This document shows, in pieces, positions 1-9,699 of a stretch of 64,000 bases of DNA. Both the position numbers and the translations under genes were made by a program. The notes under the pieces are model-generated. The model was not told the origin of the DNA, did no database searches, and worked only from the letters and a program-made list of their open reading frames with translations. The stretch is taken from contig CBDCTZ010000013.1 in the NCBI GenBank assembly GCA_965222375.1, positions 608,001-672,000 of the forward strand, given 5' to 3'. The first letter of the stretch is position 1, and the number at the start of each line of letters is the position of its first letter. This DNA comes from Polyangiaceae bacterium (lineage in GTDB: Bacteria; Myxococcota_A; Polyangia; Polyangiales; Polyangiaceae).

Positions 1-1
1 A

Positions 2-1204
2 GCATCGAACAAGCAGTCCGGCGCCGATCCCGGCGTGTGCGACGTCGCCAAGGTTGGCACGAACCCCGGCAACAAGTGTATCGCAGATACGGTCAATGTC
101 TGCGGCAGCGTCGCCGCCTGCGCTTCGAACGGAACCTGCGCGGTCGCTCCCTTCGGAAAGAGTTGCGGGCCCACGAGCTGCAGCGGCACCACCGTCACTG
201 GCAAGATCTGCGATGGCACCGGCACGTGCGTGGACCAACAGAACGCTCAGTGCACGCCGTACGTCTGCGCCGCTGGTGCCTGCACGAGTCCGTGCACGGG
301 CGACACTGATTGCGTCACTACTCACTACTGCGAAACCGCCACTTGCGTGCCCAAGGCAGCCAATGGCACCGCGTGTAGTGTTGCCAACTCCTGCACCAGT
401 GGCTTCTGCGTGGACGGCGTGTGCTGTGACGCGCCGTGCACGGGCCAGTGCCAGGCCTGCGGGGAAGCGGGCAGCCTTGGACAATGCAAGACGATCGCTG
501 GGGATCCTCGCCCAGGAAGACAAGCGTGCACCGGCACCGGCGCTTGCAAGGCCAGCTGCGACGGGGGCAACCCCACGGCATGCACGTTCCCGGGTAGTGC
601 CACCGAGTGCAAGCCAGCATCCTGCGCCGGCGACACCTCACAGCCAGCAGGCTTTTGCGACTCGGCAGGTGCCTGCACCACTCCGGCAACTCAGGGCTGC
701 TTGCCCTACACTTGCGACGCTGGCACTGGGGTCTGCAAGTCGAGTTGCAGTTCCGATCTCGATTGTGGGCAATCCGCGAAGTGCGATACCGCCACTGGCA
801 AGTGTGCAGTCACGGTTGCTAGCTGCAAGGACGCTTTCACGGTACTGCTCCCGAACGGAACGACGGAATCCTGCACGCCCTACAAGTGCGTTGGCGGGGC
901 CTGCCAGCAGCAGTGCAGCACCAAGAACGACTGCGCAACGGGCTACGACTGCCAGAGTACACAATGCGTCGCCCTCACGGACGCGGGAGCAGGCGGTAGC
1001 TCCGGCAGCGGAGGCAACGGGGGGGGCTCGGCAGCGACTGCCGGCGCAGGAAACGTCGACGGTGGAAAACCGAAACCGTTGGCGGCGAGTGACGATAGTG
1101 GTTGCGGCTGTCGCACTGCGCCCGTCAACCACGCGCCGCAAAACGCGCTATGGCTGAGCCTGGTGGGCATGGCCCTAGCCCTGCGACGGAGGCGCGTCCG
1201 CTAG
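2..1204 (+). CDS. Cys-rich surface protein with MYXO-CTERM-type C-terminal sorting signal (5' end truncated by window)
   Basis: Frame is open from base 2. Dense Cys repeats (e.g. CVDGVCCDAPCTGQCQAC), a Gly/Ser linker, then GCGCRTAP, a hydrophobic helix and RRRRVR. Confidence 0.85.
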   Translation, partial: ASNKQSGADPGVCDVAKVGTNPGNKCIADTVNVCGSVAACASNGTCAVAPFGKSCGPTSCSGTTVTGKICDGTGTCVDQQNAQCTPYVCAAGACTSPCTGDTDCVTTHYCETATCVPKAANGTACSVANSCTSGFCVDGVCCDAPCTGQCQACGEAGSLGQCKTIAGDPRPGRQACTGTGACKASCDGGNPTACTFPGSATECKPASCAGDTSQPAGFCDSAGACTTPATQGCLPYTCDAGTGVCKSSCSSDLDCGQSAKCDTATGKCAVTVASCKDAFTVLLPNGTTESCTPYKCVGGACQQQCSTKNDCATGYDCQSTQCVALTDAGAGGSSGSGGNGGGSAATAGAGNVDGGKPKPLAASDDSGCGCRTAPVNHAPQNALWLSLVGMALALRRRRVR

Positions 1205-1318
1205 GCCGGGTTAATCAAGGACCCGAAGCCGGTCGGCCCACCACGCGAGGCCTTGCCTTGACGCGTCGATTCGACGTCACCGCGATCCCTGGGTAGTATC
1301 GCAGACGGGAGACGAGTC

Positions 1319-2494
1319 ATGAGTCATGGGCTTCGACACGCGGTCACCACGATCCTCATACCGATCGGTTTGACGAGTTGTGGAGGCAACGATGAGAGCG
1401 CAGCGCCCAAGGGCGGTGGCGGAAACGCTGGCGCCGCCGGCAGTGGGGCTAGCACCGGGAGTGGCGCGTCTGGCGGCAGCGGGGGAAACGCCGGGTCATC
1501 CGGCGGCGGGGGCAGCGCGGGCGCCGGAGCGACCGCGGGTAGTGGGGGTAGTGCGGGAAGCGGGACCGGGGGCGCGGGCGGCCTGGGTGGCCAAGGCAAC
1601 CGGGAGCAACTCGTGGGCGACGTCATCGGCTTCGCTCAGGGCACTACCGGTGGCAAGGGCGGCAGCTTGTGCGAGGTGACGAACCTGCAGGACTCGGGCA
1701 GCGGTAGCCTTCGAGCCTGCGCCGAAGCCTCGGGCCCGGCGTGGATCATCTTCAAGCTGTCCGGCACGATCCCACTGAGCAAAGACATCCGAATCGCGGC
1801 TGACAAGACCATCGACGGTCGAGGTCAGGCGATCACGATCACGAAACACGGCCTGGTGGTCGACAACGTGAGCAACGTGATCATCGAGAACCTGACCATC
1901 AAGGACGGCGATAACGACGCGATCCGAGTCATCGACAGTGCGAGCAAGGTTTGGATTGACCACGTATCGCTATCCAACTTCACCGACGGCGCCATCGACA
2001 TCACGGTACAGGCCACAGACGTGACGGTTTCCTGGTGCAAGTTCACCAATCATGACAAGACCATGTTGATCAGCGCCAGCGATAGCCACACCCAAGATTC
2101 GGTGATTCGCGTCACGCTGCACCACAACTTCTTCTTCGGCACCGTCCAGCGCCACCCGCGCCTGCGCTTCGGCAAGGTGCACGCGTTCAACAACCTGCTT
2201 CGGGACTGGAAGAACTACGCCATGCGTATTCACTTGGATGGGCAGCTGTACTCCGAAGCCAACATCTTCGACGCTGGCTCGAACAAGAACGGCATCGTGC
2301 TCGGCAGTGAAAACCCGCAGCCGCATATCAAGAGCGTGAACGATCTGGCCCTGAACGGCGCCAACCTCAATCAGGTGGACCAGGCCGGTGTGTTCGATCC
2401 AACGAGCTTCTATTCGTACACTGCAGAAAAGGCCGACGCGGCCTTGGCCAAGAAGGTCGAGGCCCAAGCCGGATTTCGGAACATCACTCCCTAG
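1319..2494 (+). CDS. Pectate lyase family (PL1) lipoprotein
   Basis: Lipobox LTSC, Gly-rich tether, PL1 motifs TTGGKGG, KTIDGRG, VWIDH, DGAIDI and RHPRLRFGKVHAFNN. Confidence 0.9.
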   Translation: MSHGLRHAVTTILIPIGLTSCGGNDESAAPKGGGGNAGAAGSGASTGSGASGGSGGNAGSSGGGGSAGAGATAGSGGSAGSGTGGAGGLGGQGNREQLVGDVIGFAQGTTGGKGGSLCEVTNLQDSGSGSLRACAEASGPAWIIFKLSGTIPLSKDIRIAADKTIDGRGQAITITKHGLVVDNVSNVIIENLTIKDGDNDAIRVIDSASKVWIDHVSLSNFTDGAIDITVQATDVTVSWCKFTNHDKTMLISASDSHTQDSVIRVTLHHNFFFGTVQRHPRLRFGKVHAFNNLLRDWKNYAMRIHLDGQLYSEANIFDAGSNKNGIVLGSENPQPHIKSVNDLALNGANLNQVDQAGVFDPTSFYSYTAEKADAALAKKVEAQAGFRNITP

Positions 2495-2547
2495 GGGCAG
2501 CAACAGGCTGGGGCTGTGAGCGATCGCAGTATAGGCTCGGCGCCCTG

Positions 2548-3342
2548 ATGGAAAGCGCTCAGCTGCCCCCGAACGTTCGCAAGGTCGGCGATAACCTCTG
2601 GAACATCCGCGGCTCCTTCAAGATCAAGGGCCTCGTGGACATCGGGACCCAAGCATCCTTGGTGCGCAGAGCGAATGGACAGCACGTGTTGCTCGGCGGC
2701 TGCCAGTTTTCGCCCACAGTACAGCGCTGGCTGGGGGAAGAGACCGACGGGGGCGACAGCCTCACGGCAGTCATTCACCTCCACCCGTTTCACACTCTCA
2801 GCGTGCGCGCCGTGCACGACTTGTATCCACGCGCCAAGCTGTACGGAACAGAGCGGCATTTGAAGCGGCTATCAGACCTGCCGTGGGAAGAAATACGCTC
2901 AGAGCAACCGGAGCTACATCGAGCTTTCGCGGACGATTTCGACTTTACCGTGCCGCGGGGGGTGGATTTCATACCAGCGAATCCGAACCTGCACTTCTCA
3001 TCGGTGCTGGCGCTGCACCGCGAGTCTAAAACGCTCATCGTGGATGACACGTTGGTGTACGTCCGACTACCCAAGTTGTTCCGAGCCATGAAGAAGGACG
3101 TCGTCATGCTGCACCCCACCCTGGCGAAGGTGCTTCAGCCCCGCCCGGGCGCAGTTGCGGAGTTCCGTGCTTGGGCCCGGGAGCTGGTGGACAAGTCCCG
3201 GGACATCGAAAACCTGTGCGCGGCGCACTCGGCCGTCTTGCTCGCCGAGCACAATCGCGGGCCCGCCATCTGCCGACGCATCCAGACAGCCCTCGAGAAG
3301 GCCGAAGCCAAGTTGAGCGCCCACGAAAGAAAATACGGCTAG
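2548..3342 (+). CDS. Conserved hypothetical protein, metallo-beta-lactamase-like fold
   Basis: 264-aa ORF with HLHPFHT, a later His and LIVDDT, and C-terminal CAAH, a pattern resembling MBL-fold metal ligands. Confidence 0.55.
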   Translation: MESAQLPPNVRKVGDNLWNIRGSFKIKGLVDIGTQASLVRRANGQHVLLGGCQFSPTVQRWLGEETDGGDSLTAVIHLHPFHTLSVRAVHDLYPRAKLYGTERHLKRLSDLPWEEIRSEQPELHRAFADDFDFTVPRGVDFIPANPNLHFSSVLALHRESKTLIVDDTLVYVRLPKLFRAMKKDVVMLHPTLAKVLQPRPGAVAEFRAWARELVDKSRDIENLCAAHSAVLLAEHNRGPAICRRIQTALEKAEAKLSAHERKYG

Positions 3343-3422
3343 GAACCCGGGCACAATCCGGGGGAAGTGCCAAGGCCTTGGCGGCGTAGGGAGTCCTAGG
3401 GACGAGGCCACGGAAATCTGGC

Positions 3423-4346
3423 ATGAGCGACGCTAGGAAGATCATCATGGCGCGCAGGGCGCGCTTTGTCGCGGCGGCACTTGCCGGCTCCGGGCTGGTC
3501 ACCCCGGCCGTCCGCGCTCAGGCAGATGGCGCCACGCCCGAGGAGTCGTCGACAGAGCCGAACTGCGAAACCGATCCGCATCTGCAGGCGTGTCGGCCGC
3601 AGATCTGCCTTTCCGACATCGATATCGAAGGCGAGTTGGTCAAACCGCCCACCTGCCCAGACGGATCCTTGCAGCCCGACGATGGGGTGTGTCCTCCCTC
3701 GGTGTGCCTGGGCGCGGGCTGTCCTACGGAGCAGTTGCAAGACGACGGCAGTTGCCTGCCCACGGTCTGCCTCAGCATCTACGTCGAGGACCCCCAGGAG
3801 AACCTGCCCGAGAGCCACGACGGCTTCTACCTGCGATTCAGCCTCGGGCCCGGGTGGCTACACACCGCCACTCAGGGCGATTTGCCCGACGGCAGCGTCA
3901 AGGGCGCCGTCACCGCAGTCGATTTGCGTGTCGGCCACACGCTCCTTCGCGGCATGGCTTCGGGCCTGTTTGCGGGCGCATGGCACGCTCCGTCTCCCGA
4001 AGCCGGAGGCGGCGCAACACGTTTGGGCAACGGCGCGATGACGCAGGTTCTTGCCGGACCCTTTGTCGACTACTTCCCGGATCCGCGCGGCGGGCTCCAC
4101 TTCGGTGCGGCGCCTGGGTTCATGTTCCTGCAACGCGGCGCTGAGAGCGCCAGCGACGAAGAGAGCACGGCGATCGGCGCCGGCGCAGCGCTGTGGGTCG
4201 GCTACGATTTCTGGATGGGAGACGATTGGTCTGTGGGCGCGGCACTGTCCGGCGAAGGCGGCTTTGCTTGGGGCGGCAGTGACCGAGTGAGCGAACGGGT
4301 CGTCACGCGGGGCGCGGCGCTGATGCTCTCCGCGCTCTGGCATTGA
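3423..4346 (+). CDS. Outer-membrane beta-barrel protein with Cys-rich N-terminal repeats
   Basis: Signal-like N-terminus, three P-x-[IV]-C-L-[SG] motifs, then alternating amphipathic strands (HDGFYLRFSLGPG, GPFVDYFPDPRGGLHFG, WVGYDFW) ending in ALWH. Confidence 0.65.
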   Translation: MSDARKIIMARRARFVAAALAGSGLVTPAVRAQADGATPEESSTEPNCETDPHLQACRPQICLSDIDIEGELVKPPTCPDGSLQPDDGVCPPSVCLGAGCPTEQLQDDGSCLPTVCLSIYVEDPQENLPESHDGFYLRFSLGPGWLHTATQGDLPDGSVKGAVTAVDLRVGHTLLRGMASGLFAGAWHAPSPEAGGGATRLGNGAMTQVLAGPFVDYFPDPRGGLHFGAAPGFMFLQRGAESASDEESTAIGAGAALWVGYDFWMGDDWSVGAALSGEGGFAWGGSDRVSERVVTRGAALMLSALWH

Positions 4347-4455
4347 GCCGCCCGCGGCGCTTAATGCGACCCCGTGCCAAGGCGACGGAGTGTCAAATCG
4401 AGGCCAAGCAGCGGGAACAGGGTCGCCGCCGCGACCGATGCGCTACACTCGTCCG

Positions 4456-5712
4456 ATGCGTGTCTCTGCCTGTGTAGCCTCTGCTCTCACACTACTCCTC
4501 AGCCTCACGGTCGCGGGTTGCAGTGACGACGATCCCCTTCCTGGCGCGGGCGGCAGCTCGGGTTCCGGGGGAAGCAGCGGCACCGGGGGTTCCGCGGGCT
4601 CAGCGGGCACGGCCGGAGCCGCGGGTGCAGCAGGCAACTCGGCGATCCCCGCCGCCGGAGAGCTCCGGGTCATCGAGCCGGGCGCCCCCACCATCTGCTC
4701 TCGGGATACGCCCTTTCGCTACTTCGTGCGGGGCGGGGATCCCAAAAAGATCGTGATCGACTTCCAGGGTAGCGGCGCGTGCTGGAACGAACTGACGTGC
4801 TCCATCGCGGGCAGCATCTTCAACGAAGCAGCGCCCAGCGCCGCCGAGATCGAAGCCGCGGTCGCCAACGAGAGCTTTGGTGGGATCTACCGCTTCGATA
4901 AGCCCGAGAGCCCGGTCGCCGGCTGGACCTTCGTGCACATCCCCTACTGCACCGGCGATATCCACTGGGGGGACGCTACAGTCGAGTATTCATCGAGCGT
5001 GAAGATCCAGCACAAGGGCTTCGTGAACAGCCAGGCTGTTCTGTCCTGGGTCTACGCCAACTACGATCCCGAACAGATCCTGGTCACGGGCTGCAGCGCC
5101 GGCGCCTACGGCGCCATCGGCCACTCGGCTTGGATAGCCAAGCAGTACCCCAACGCGAAGCTCAGCGTGCTCGCCGACTCGGGTTGCGGCACGGTGAGTG
5201 ACACCTTCTTCAAGGACAGCTTTCCAAACTGGAATGCTCAGATCCCCACCTTCGTCAGCGGCCTCAAGGGCAAGGACATCCTGTCTCTGAGCATCGTGGA
5301 TCTCTACACGTCGATCGCCAAGGACTTCCCCAACGCACGCTTCGCCCAGCAGACATCGGCCTTCGACAAAGACCAAACCACCTACTACAAGGTGATGGGC
5401 GGCGCCGAAGCGGATTGGTCACCGAAAACCCTGAAGTCTCTAGAAGACATCAATGCCGGGGCTCCCAACTTCAGCTACTACCTCTCCCCGGGCCCGGTGC
5501 ACTGCATTCACCCCTACGACTTGATGTACAGCCGCACCACCGACGGCACCAAGTACACCACCTGGCTCGACGAGCTGGTCAACGGAGCCAGCGCACCGAA
5601 GACCGCCAAGTGCCAAGGCGCCGCCTGCCGAGACGACGCCTTCTGCGCCGCCTGCGCGGCCAAGACCGAAACCGACTCCGCCTGCAAGTGGTGCGACGGC
5701 TGGACGCCCTGA
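4456..5712 (+). CDS. Pectinacetylesterase-family (Notum/PAE-like) serine hydrolase lipoprotein
   Basis: Lipobox VAGC, Gly-rich tether, FQGSGACW, IPYCTGDIHWG, nucleophile motif GCSAG, C-terminal GPVHC. Confidence 0.85.
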   Translation: MRVSACVASALTLLLSLTVAGCSDDDPLPGAGGSSGSGGSSGTGGSAGSAGTAGAAGAAGNSAIPAAGELRVIEPGAPTICSRDTPFRYFVRGGDPKKIVIDFQGSGACWNELTCSIAGSIFNEAAPSAAEIEAAVANESFGGIYRFDKPESPVAGWTFVHIPYCTGDIHWGDATVEYSSSVKIQHKGFVNSQAVLSWVYANYDPEQILVTGCSAGAYGAIGHSAWIAKQYPNAKLSVLADSGCGTVSDTFFKDSFPNWNAQIPTFVSGLKGKDILSLSIVDLYTSIAKDFPNARFAQQTSAFDKDQTTYYKVMGGAEADWSPKTLKSLEDINAGAPNFSYYLSPGPVHCIHPYDLMYSRTTDGTKYTTWLDELVNGASAPKTAKCQGAACRDDAFCAACAAKTETDSACKWCDGWTP

Positions 5713-5752
5713 GCAATTCTCTTGGAGGTTGCTGAGTTACATGTAGTCGTCG

Positions 5753-5786
5753 AAGCCGACCGAAAGCTGGGCGGTTTTCTTTTCTT
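5753..5786 (+). terminator. Possible intrinsic terminator
   Basis: Imperfect stem AAGCCGACC/GGGCGGTTT followed by a T-rich tail (TCTTTTCTT), about 40 bp after the esterase stop codon. Confidence 0.4.
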
Positions 5787-6073
5787 GGGAATGTGGCGGC
5801 GCAGGACGTCATCGAGAGTTCTTCGGGTTGCGTCGCGAAGCGCTGAGGCCCCAGACGCCCCTACCTCGCGCCCCGATAATGCAGGCGGTTCCGTGGAACC
5901 ACGAGGCAGCGCCACCGAGCCACATCGTCGCGCCCTCGGGTCTAGAAGGGGCGCCCTGGTTTCCTCAGGCAACACTGAGCGCTGCGCCGCGCCTCAGCGG
6001 AGGCACGCCTTTCGTGCCGTTTCCGGGTGGCGAGGGCATCCCATTGTCGGCCTAGGTGTGTAGGATGCGCGCC

Positions 6074-6802
6074 ATGGCAAAAGGAGACGCCAAAGGCGCG
6101 GTGCACGGCACCATTCGCCCCAAGTGGTTCGCGCCAGCTACGGCGTTGCTGGTGTTGGTCGCCGCGGGCGGGCTGCTGGCAGGCTACGACGCCCTCAACG
6201 CAGCAGAACCGAACACGGCCTTGGCTTGGGGCGGGATCGGCGGAGCAGTCAGCGCCTTGGCGTTGGCGGGCCTACTGTTCTTGTCCAGCCGCAAGGAAAT
6301 CAAGGTGGACGCCAAAGCGCTCACGGTTCGCTCAGGGCTCGGCAAGCCAGTGAGGATCGAGTGGTCCGAGCCCCACGACTACTACTACCTAGCGGTGAGC
6401 GATTCCTCGACGCCGAGCGTCGAAAAGGCACGGGTGCAGACCCTCGATGGACGTCGAATCGACGTCGACGAAACCGTGCTGCCGGAGTTCCCCCGAGCCA
6501 ACGTACCCGGATTGGTGGAGCGCTATAGCGCGGCCGCCAACCTACCAAAGATCACCGCCCGCCTGGAAGCGGGCGAGGACGTGGACTTCGGCCCCGTGTC
6601 GATGAGCGTCGGCAAGATGAAAATCGAGGACACGGCTCACTCGGTGGAAGAAAGCCTGGTGCTGCACATCAAGCGTGGCTGCCTGCAGGTCGGAGTGGAT
6701 GGGGAGTGGGTGTCCACCAAGGTGTCCGTTCACGACGTCGCCAACTACCCGTGCTTGCTGCGAGTCATTGGGCAACTCACGCAGGCACGCCCGCCGGGTT
6801 GA
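6074..6802 (+). CDS. Hypothetical membrane protein (2 N-terminal TM helices)
   Basis: Two hydrophobic helices followed by a soluble beta-rich region. Start could be 6065 or 6074. Confidence 0.7.
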   Translation: MAKGDAKGAVHGTIRPKWFAPATALLVLVAAGGLLAGYDALNAAEPNTALAWGGIGGAVSALALAGLLFLSSRKEIKVDAKALTVRSGLGKPVRIEWSEPHDYYYLAVSDSSTPSVEKARVQTLDGRRIDVDETVLPEFPRANVPGLVERYSAAANLPKITARLEAGEDVDFGPVSMSVGKMKIEDTAHSVEESLVLHIKRGCLQVGVDGEWVSTKVSVHDVANYPCLLRVIGQLTQARPPG

Positions 6803-6880
6803 ACCGTTGAGCGTGCCTGGCGGGGAGTGTGCCGCTTGAAATCGAGCTCGAAGCTCTGAAGATCTGCTAGCTTCGCGCCA

Positions 6881-8140
6881 ATGGTTGTTCTGCCTCGCAC
6901 GCTACTGCCGGACAATGCCTCTGTCGACGAGACCGGCGCTCTGTGGGTTGGTGGTGTCGAAGTGGCTTCCTTGGCCGCGGAATTCGGCACACCGCTGTTC
7001 GTCTACGACGAGGCCCAGCTGCGTGCCCGCTGTCGAGAGGCCATGGCCGCCTTCGAGGGCCGGGTGAGCTACGCCAGCAAGGCGTTCTTGTGCAAGGCCA
7101 TGGCGAAGCTCGTGCATGAAGAGGGGCTGCACATGGACGTTGCCTCAGGCGGCGAACTACACGTCGCCTTGGCGGCGGGGCTGCCCGCGACTCATCTGGT
7201 CATGCACGGCAACAACAAGTCACGAGACGAGCTAGCGCAGGCGATGAAGATCGGAGTGGGCCGCGTCGTCGTGGATTCCTTCGACGAGATGGACCGCATC
7301 GACGCGCTGGTTACCGAAGGAGCGAGCCGGCCAGACGTACTGCTGCGAGTCACCCCCGGCATCGATCCCAAAACCCATGAGCACATCAGCACGGGTCAAA
7401 AGGACTCCAAGTTCGGCTTCGGCGCCGCCGTGGACGCAGCCGAGGCCATTCGACGAGCGAAAAACGCAGATTCCATGAATCTGATGGGCCTCCACGCCCA
7501 CATCGGCAGTCAGATCTTCCAATTGGACCCGTACAGGAACGCACTGGCGGTGCTGGCTCCACTGGTGGCGGGCCTATCGGAGCTGTCTTTGGGCGGTGGC
7601 CTCGGTGTCGCCTACGTGGCAAGCGAGCAAGCCGCAACCCTCACGGAATGGGGCACGATGATCCATGCGGAATGTGAGCGCATGGGCATTGAAGCGAAGA
7701 TCAGTTGCGAGCCCGGACGGTCCATTGCCGCAGCCGCCGCGATCACCATCTACACCGTCGGCACCATCAAGGAGCTGCCGTCGATCCGCACCTACGTGGC
7801 GGTCGACGGCGGCATGATCGACAACCCACGACCCATCCTCTACGGCAGCGGTTATGAGGCCTTCCTCGCCCGCGAAACGGATGCGGAGCGGGACCGTCAA
7901 GTCACTGTGGTCGGCAAGCATTGTGAATCCGGGGACGTCTTGGTCAAAGACGCGTGGGTCCCCAGCGACATCGCGGTCGGTGATCTATTGTGTACGCCGG
8001 TGACCGGCGCCTACGGCTACGCCATGGGTTCCAACTACAACAAGCTGCCGCGCCCCGCGGTCGTCTTCGTCCAAGAGGGCAAGGCGCGCGTGGTCGTTCG
8101 GCGCGAGAGCTACGACGACCTCATGCGTTGCGACGTGTAA
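6881..8140 (+). CDS. lysA: Diaminopimelate decarboxylase
   Basis: FGTPLFVYD, PLP lysine motif YASKAF, HGNNKS, SKFG, HAHIGSQI, EPGRSI, GKHCESGD, GAYGYAMGSNYN. Confidence 0.95.
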   Translation: MVVLPRTLLPDNASVDETGALWVGGVEVASLAAEFGTPLFVYDEAQLRARCREAMAAFEGRVSYASKAFLCKAMAKLVHEEGLHMDVASGGELHVALAAGLPATHLVMHGNNKSRDELAQAMKIGVGRVVVDSFDEMDRIDALVTEGASRPDVLLRVTPGIDPKTHEHISTGQKDSKFGFGAAVDAAEAIRRAKNADSMNLMGLHAHIGSQIFQLDPYRNALAVLAPLVAGLSELSLGGGLGVAYVASEQAATLTEWGTMIHAECERMGIEAKISCEPGRSIAAAAAITIYTVGTIKELPSIRTYVAVDGGMIDNPRPILYGSGYEAFLARETDAERDRQVTVVGKHCESGDVLVKDAWVPSDIAVGDLLCTPVTGAYGYAMGSNYNKLPRPAVVFVQEGKARVVVRRESYDDLMRCDV

Positions 8141-8159
8141 GCCGGTTGCCGCCGCAGCT

Positions 8160-8573
8160 CTAGTTCTTTTTCGGGGCGAACTGCGAGCCGTTTTGGGTCG
8201 AGATGCTCCTGCAGGCTCCTTTGTCGAAGATGAAGCACACGTAGGAGTCACCGTTCATCGCGGAGATCGCCGGCAGAAGCGCCGGCGCGGTCTGCCAGTT
8301 GGTGTTGCAGCTCGCCGTGTTTCCGCTGGCATCGCGGGCGTCGCAGGACACCGCAACAGATCCTTGGGCGTTTTCGGCGTAGACGCTGCAGCTAATGTAT
8401 TCGGTGGAGTTGGCGCTGTTGCGCGCCGTTCCCAGGCTTCCGCACGCATAGGTGGCTCCCACCTTGACGGAGTACTCTGCCTGATACCCCGCCTGGCTGG
8501 GACCAACCCAAAGCCCCATTGCAGCAATGGCCGTCGCCAACAGCAGTGATTTCCAACGCCTCGTCAAGTGCAT
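8160..8573 (-). CDS. Small secreted Cys-containing hypothetical protein
   Basis: Signal peptide (MHLTRRWKSLLLATAIAAMG...SQA), GGAGGA RBS, GSLGTARNS...EYISC motif. Confidence 0.75.
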   Translation of the reverse strand: MHLTRRWKSLLLATAIAAMGLWVGPSQAGYQAEYSVKVGATYACGSLGTARNSANSTEYISCSVYAENAQGSVAVSCDARDASGNTASCNTNWQTAPALLPAISAMNGDSYVCFIFDKGACRSISTQNGSQFAPKKN

Positions 8574-8757
8574 GTGCCGTTCCTCCATCGGAGACCACCG
8601 GACTATACACCAATCGCGAGACCGGGGGGTATCTGAATGAGCTTCTTCCGAGATGAGCGTGGGGGGTTCCGACTTCTGGTCACACTTGCTCGTGACGAGA
8701 CGTACCGACTTCTACGTCCGACTGGAGCGGGAGTTCAACGCCCGCGCGCACGGCGGT

Positions 8758-9699
8758 TCAGCGCCTACGAAAACGGTCGATGGCTACGGCGAGCACGATG
8801 ATGCCGCCGGTGAGGATCTCTTGGACCCAATTTGGTACCCCGACATGCGTGCACCCGGTCTTGATCACGGTCATCAACAGCGCGCCAACCAGGGATCCGG
8901 CGATGGAGCCCTGCCCACCTGACAAAGAACCGCCGCCAATGACCACGGCGGCAATCACTTCCAATTCCAGACCGATGGAGTCCGTAGGATCCCCTACGGT
9001 CAGGGTGGCGAATTCCATCACACCCGCCAACCCGGCCAGAGCTCCCGCGAGCACGTAGACCAGGATCGTCACACGCGCGACGGGTACGCCACACAGCCGT
9101 GCGGTTTGCTCGTTGGAGCCGATGGCCACGACGTGTCGACCAAAAACGGTGTATCGCAGCACGATGGCGGCAAGCCCCGCGGTGACGAGAGCGGCCCACA
9201 CGCCTGTCGGCAGCAGCTGCCAGCTGTCAGGCGGCAGAGTGCCCATGAGTTCATCCAGGCCCTTGGGGTCTGCATCGATCTTCTGCTCATTCGCCATGCC
9301 TTTTGCGGCACCGCGCAGCACGCTCATGGTGCCGAGGGTGACGATGAAGGGCGTGATGCGCAGCTTGGCGACAAGCAACCCGTTCACCAGCCCTGCAACC
9401 AGAGCCGAAAGCACCCCGACGCCAGCAGCACCGAGAGGGCCGAGCCCCGAACGCAGGGCTTGAGCAATCACCACGGTGGTCAGCGCCACCGCCGAGCCCA
9501 CGGACAGATCGATTCCGCCATGGATGATCACGTAGGTCATGCCCACAGCGGCCACTGCGACAACCACGGTCTGGCGCGCCATGGTGGACAAGTTGACGCC
9601 CCGGGCGAAGGTCTCTGGGCTGAGTGCCCAGAACAGGGCGTAGACCGCGACAAGAGCAATCAGGGGCCCAAACCAAGGGCGGCGCAAGAGAGCCGTCAT
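8758..9699 (-). CDS. Monosaccharide ABC transporter permease (RbsC-like)
   Basis: GGIDLSVGS, PFIVTLGT, AIGSNEQTARLCG, ELEVIAAVVIGG. ATGA overlap with the upstream ATPase. Confidence 0.93.
   Translation of the reverse strand: MTALLRRPWFGPLIALVAVYALFWALSPETFARGVNLSTMARQTVVVAVAAVGMTYVIIHGGIDLSVGSAVALTTVVIAQALRSGLGPLGAAGVGVLSALVAGLVNGLLVAKLRITPFIVTLGTMSVLRGAAKGMANEQKIDADPKGLDELMGTLPPDSWQLLPTGVWAALVTAGLAAIVLRYTVFGRHVVAIGSNEQTARLCGVPVARVTILVYVLAGALAGLAGVMEFATLTVGDPTDSIGLELEVIAAVVIGGGSLSGGQGSIAGSLVGALLMTVIKTGCTHVGVPNWVQEILTGGIIVLAVAIDRFRRR

Noticed and set aside
54..1157. Long alternative-frame and antisense ORFs (e.g. 54-1157, 16182-17390, 25162-26589, 35859-37085, 37802-39046, 41408-42787)
   Set aside because: These are shadow ORFs typical of high-GC DNA. 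They overlap well-supported genes and have no family motifs.
8600..8757. Short CCGACTTCT direct repeats in the intergenic gap
   Set aside because: Only two full 9-bp copies with irregular spacing, compatible with chance.
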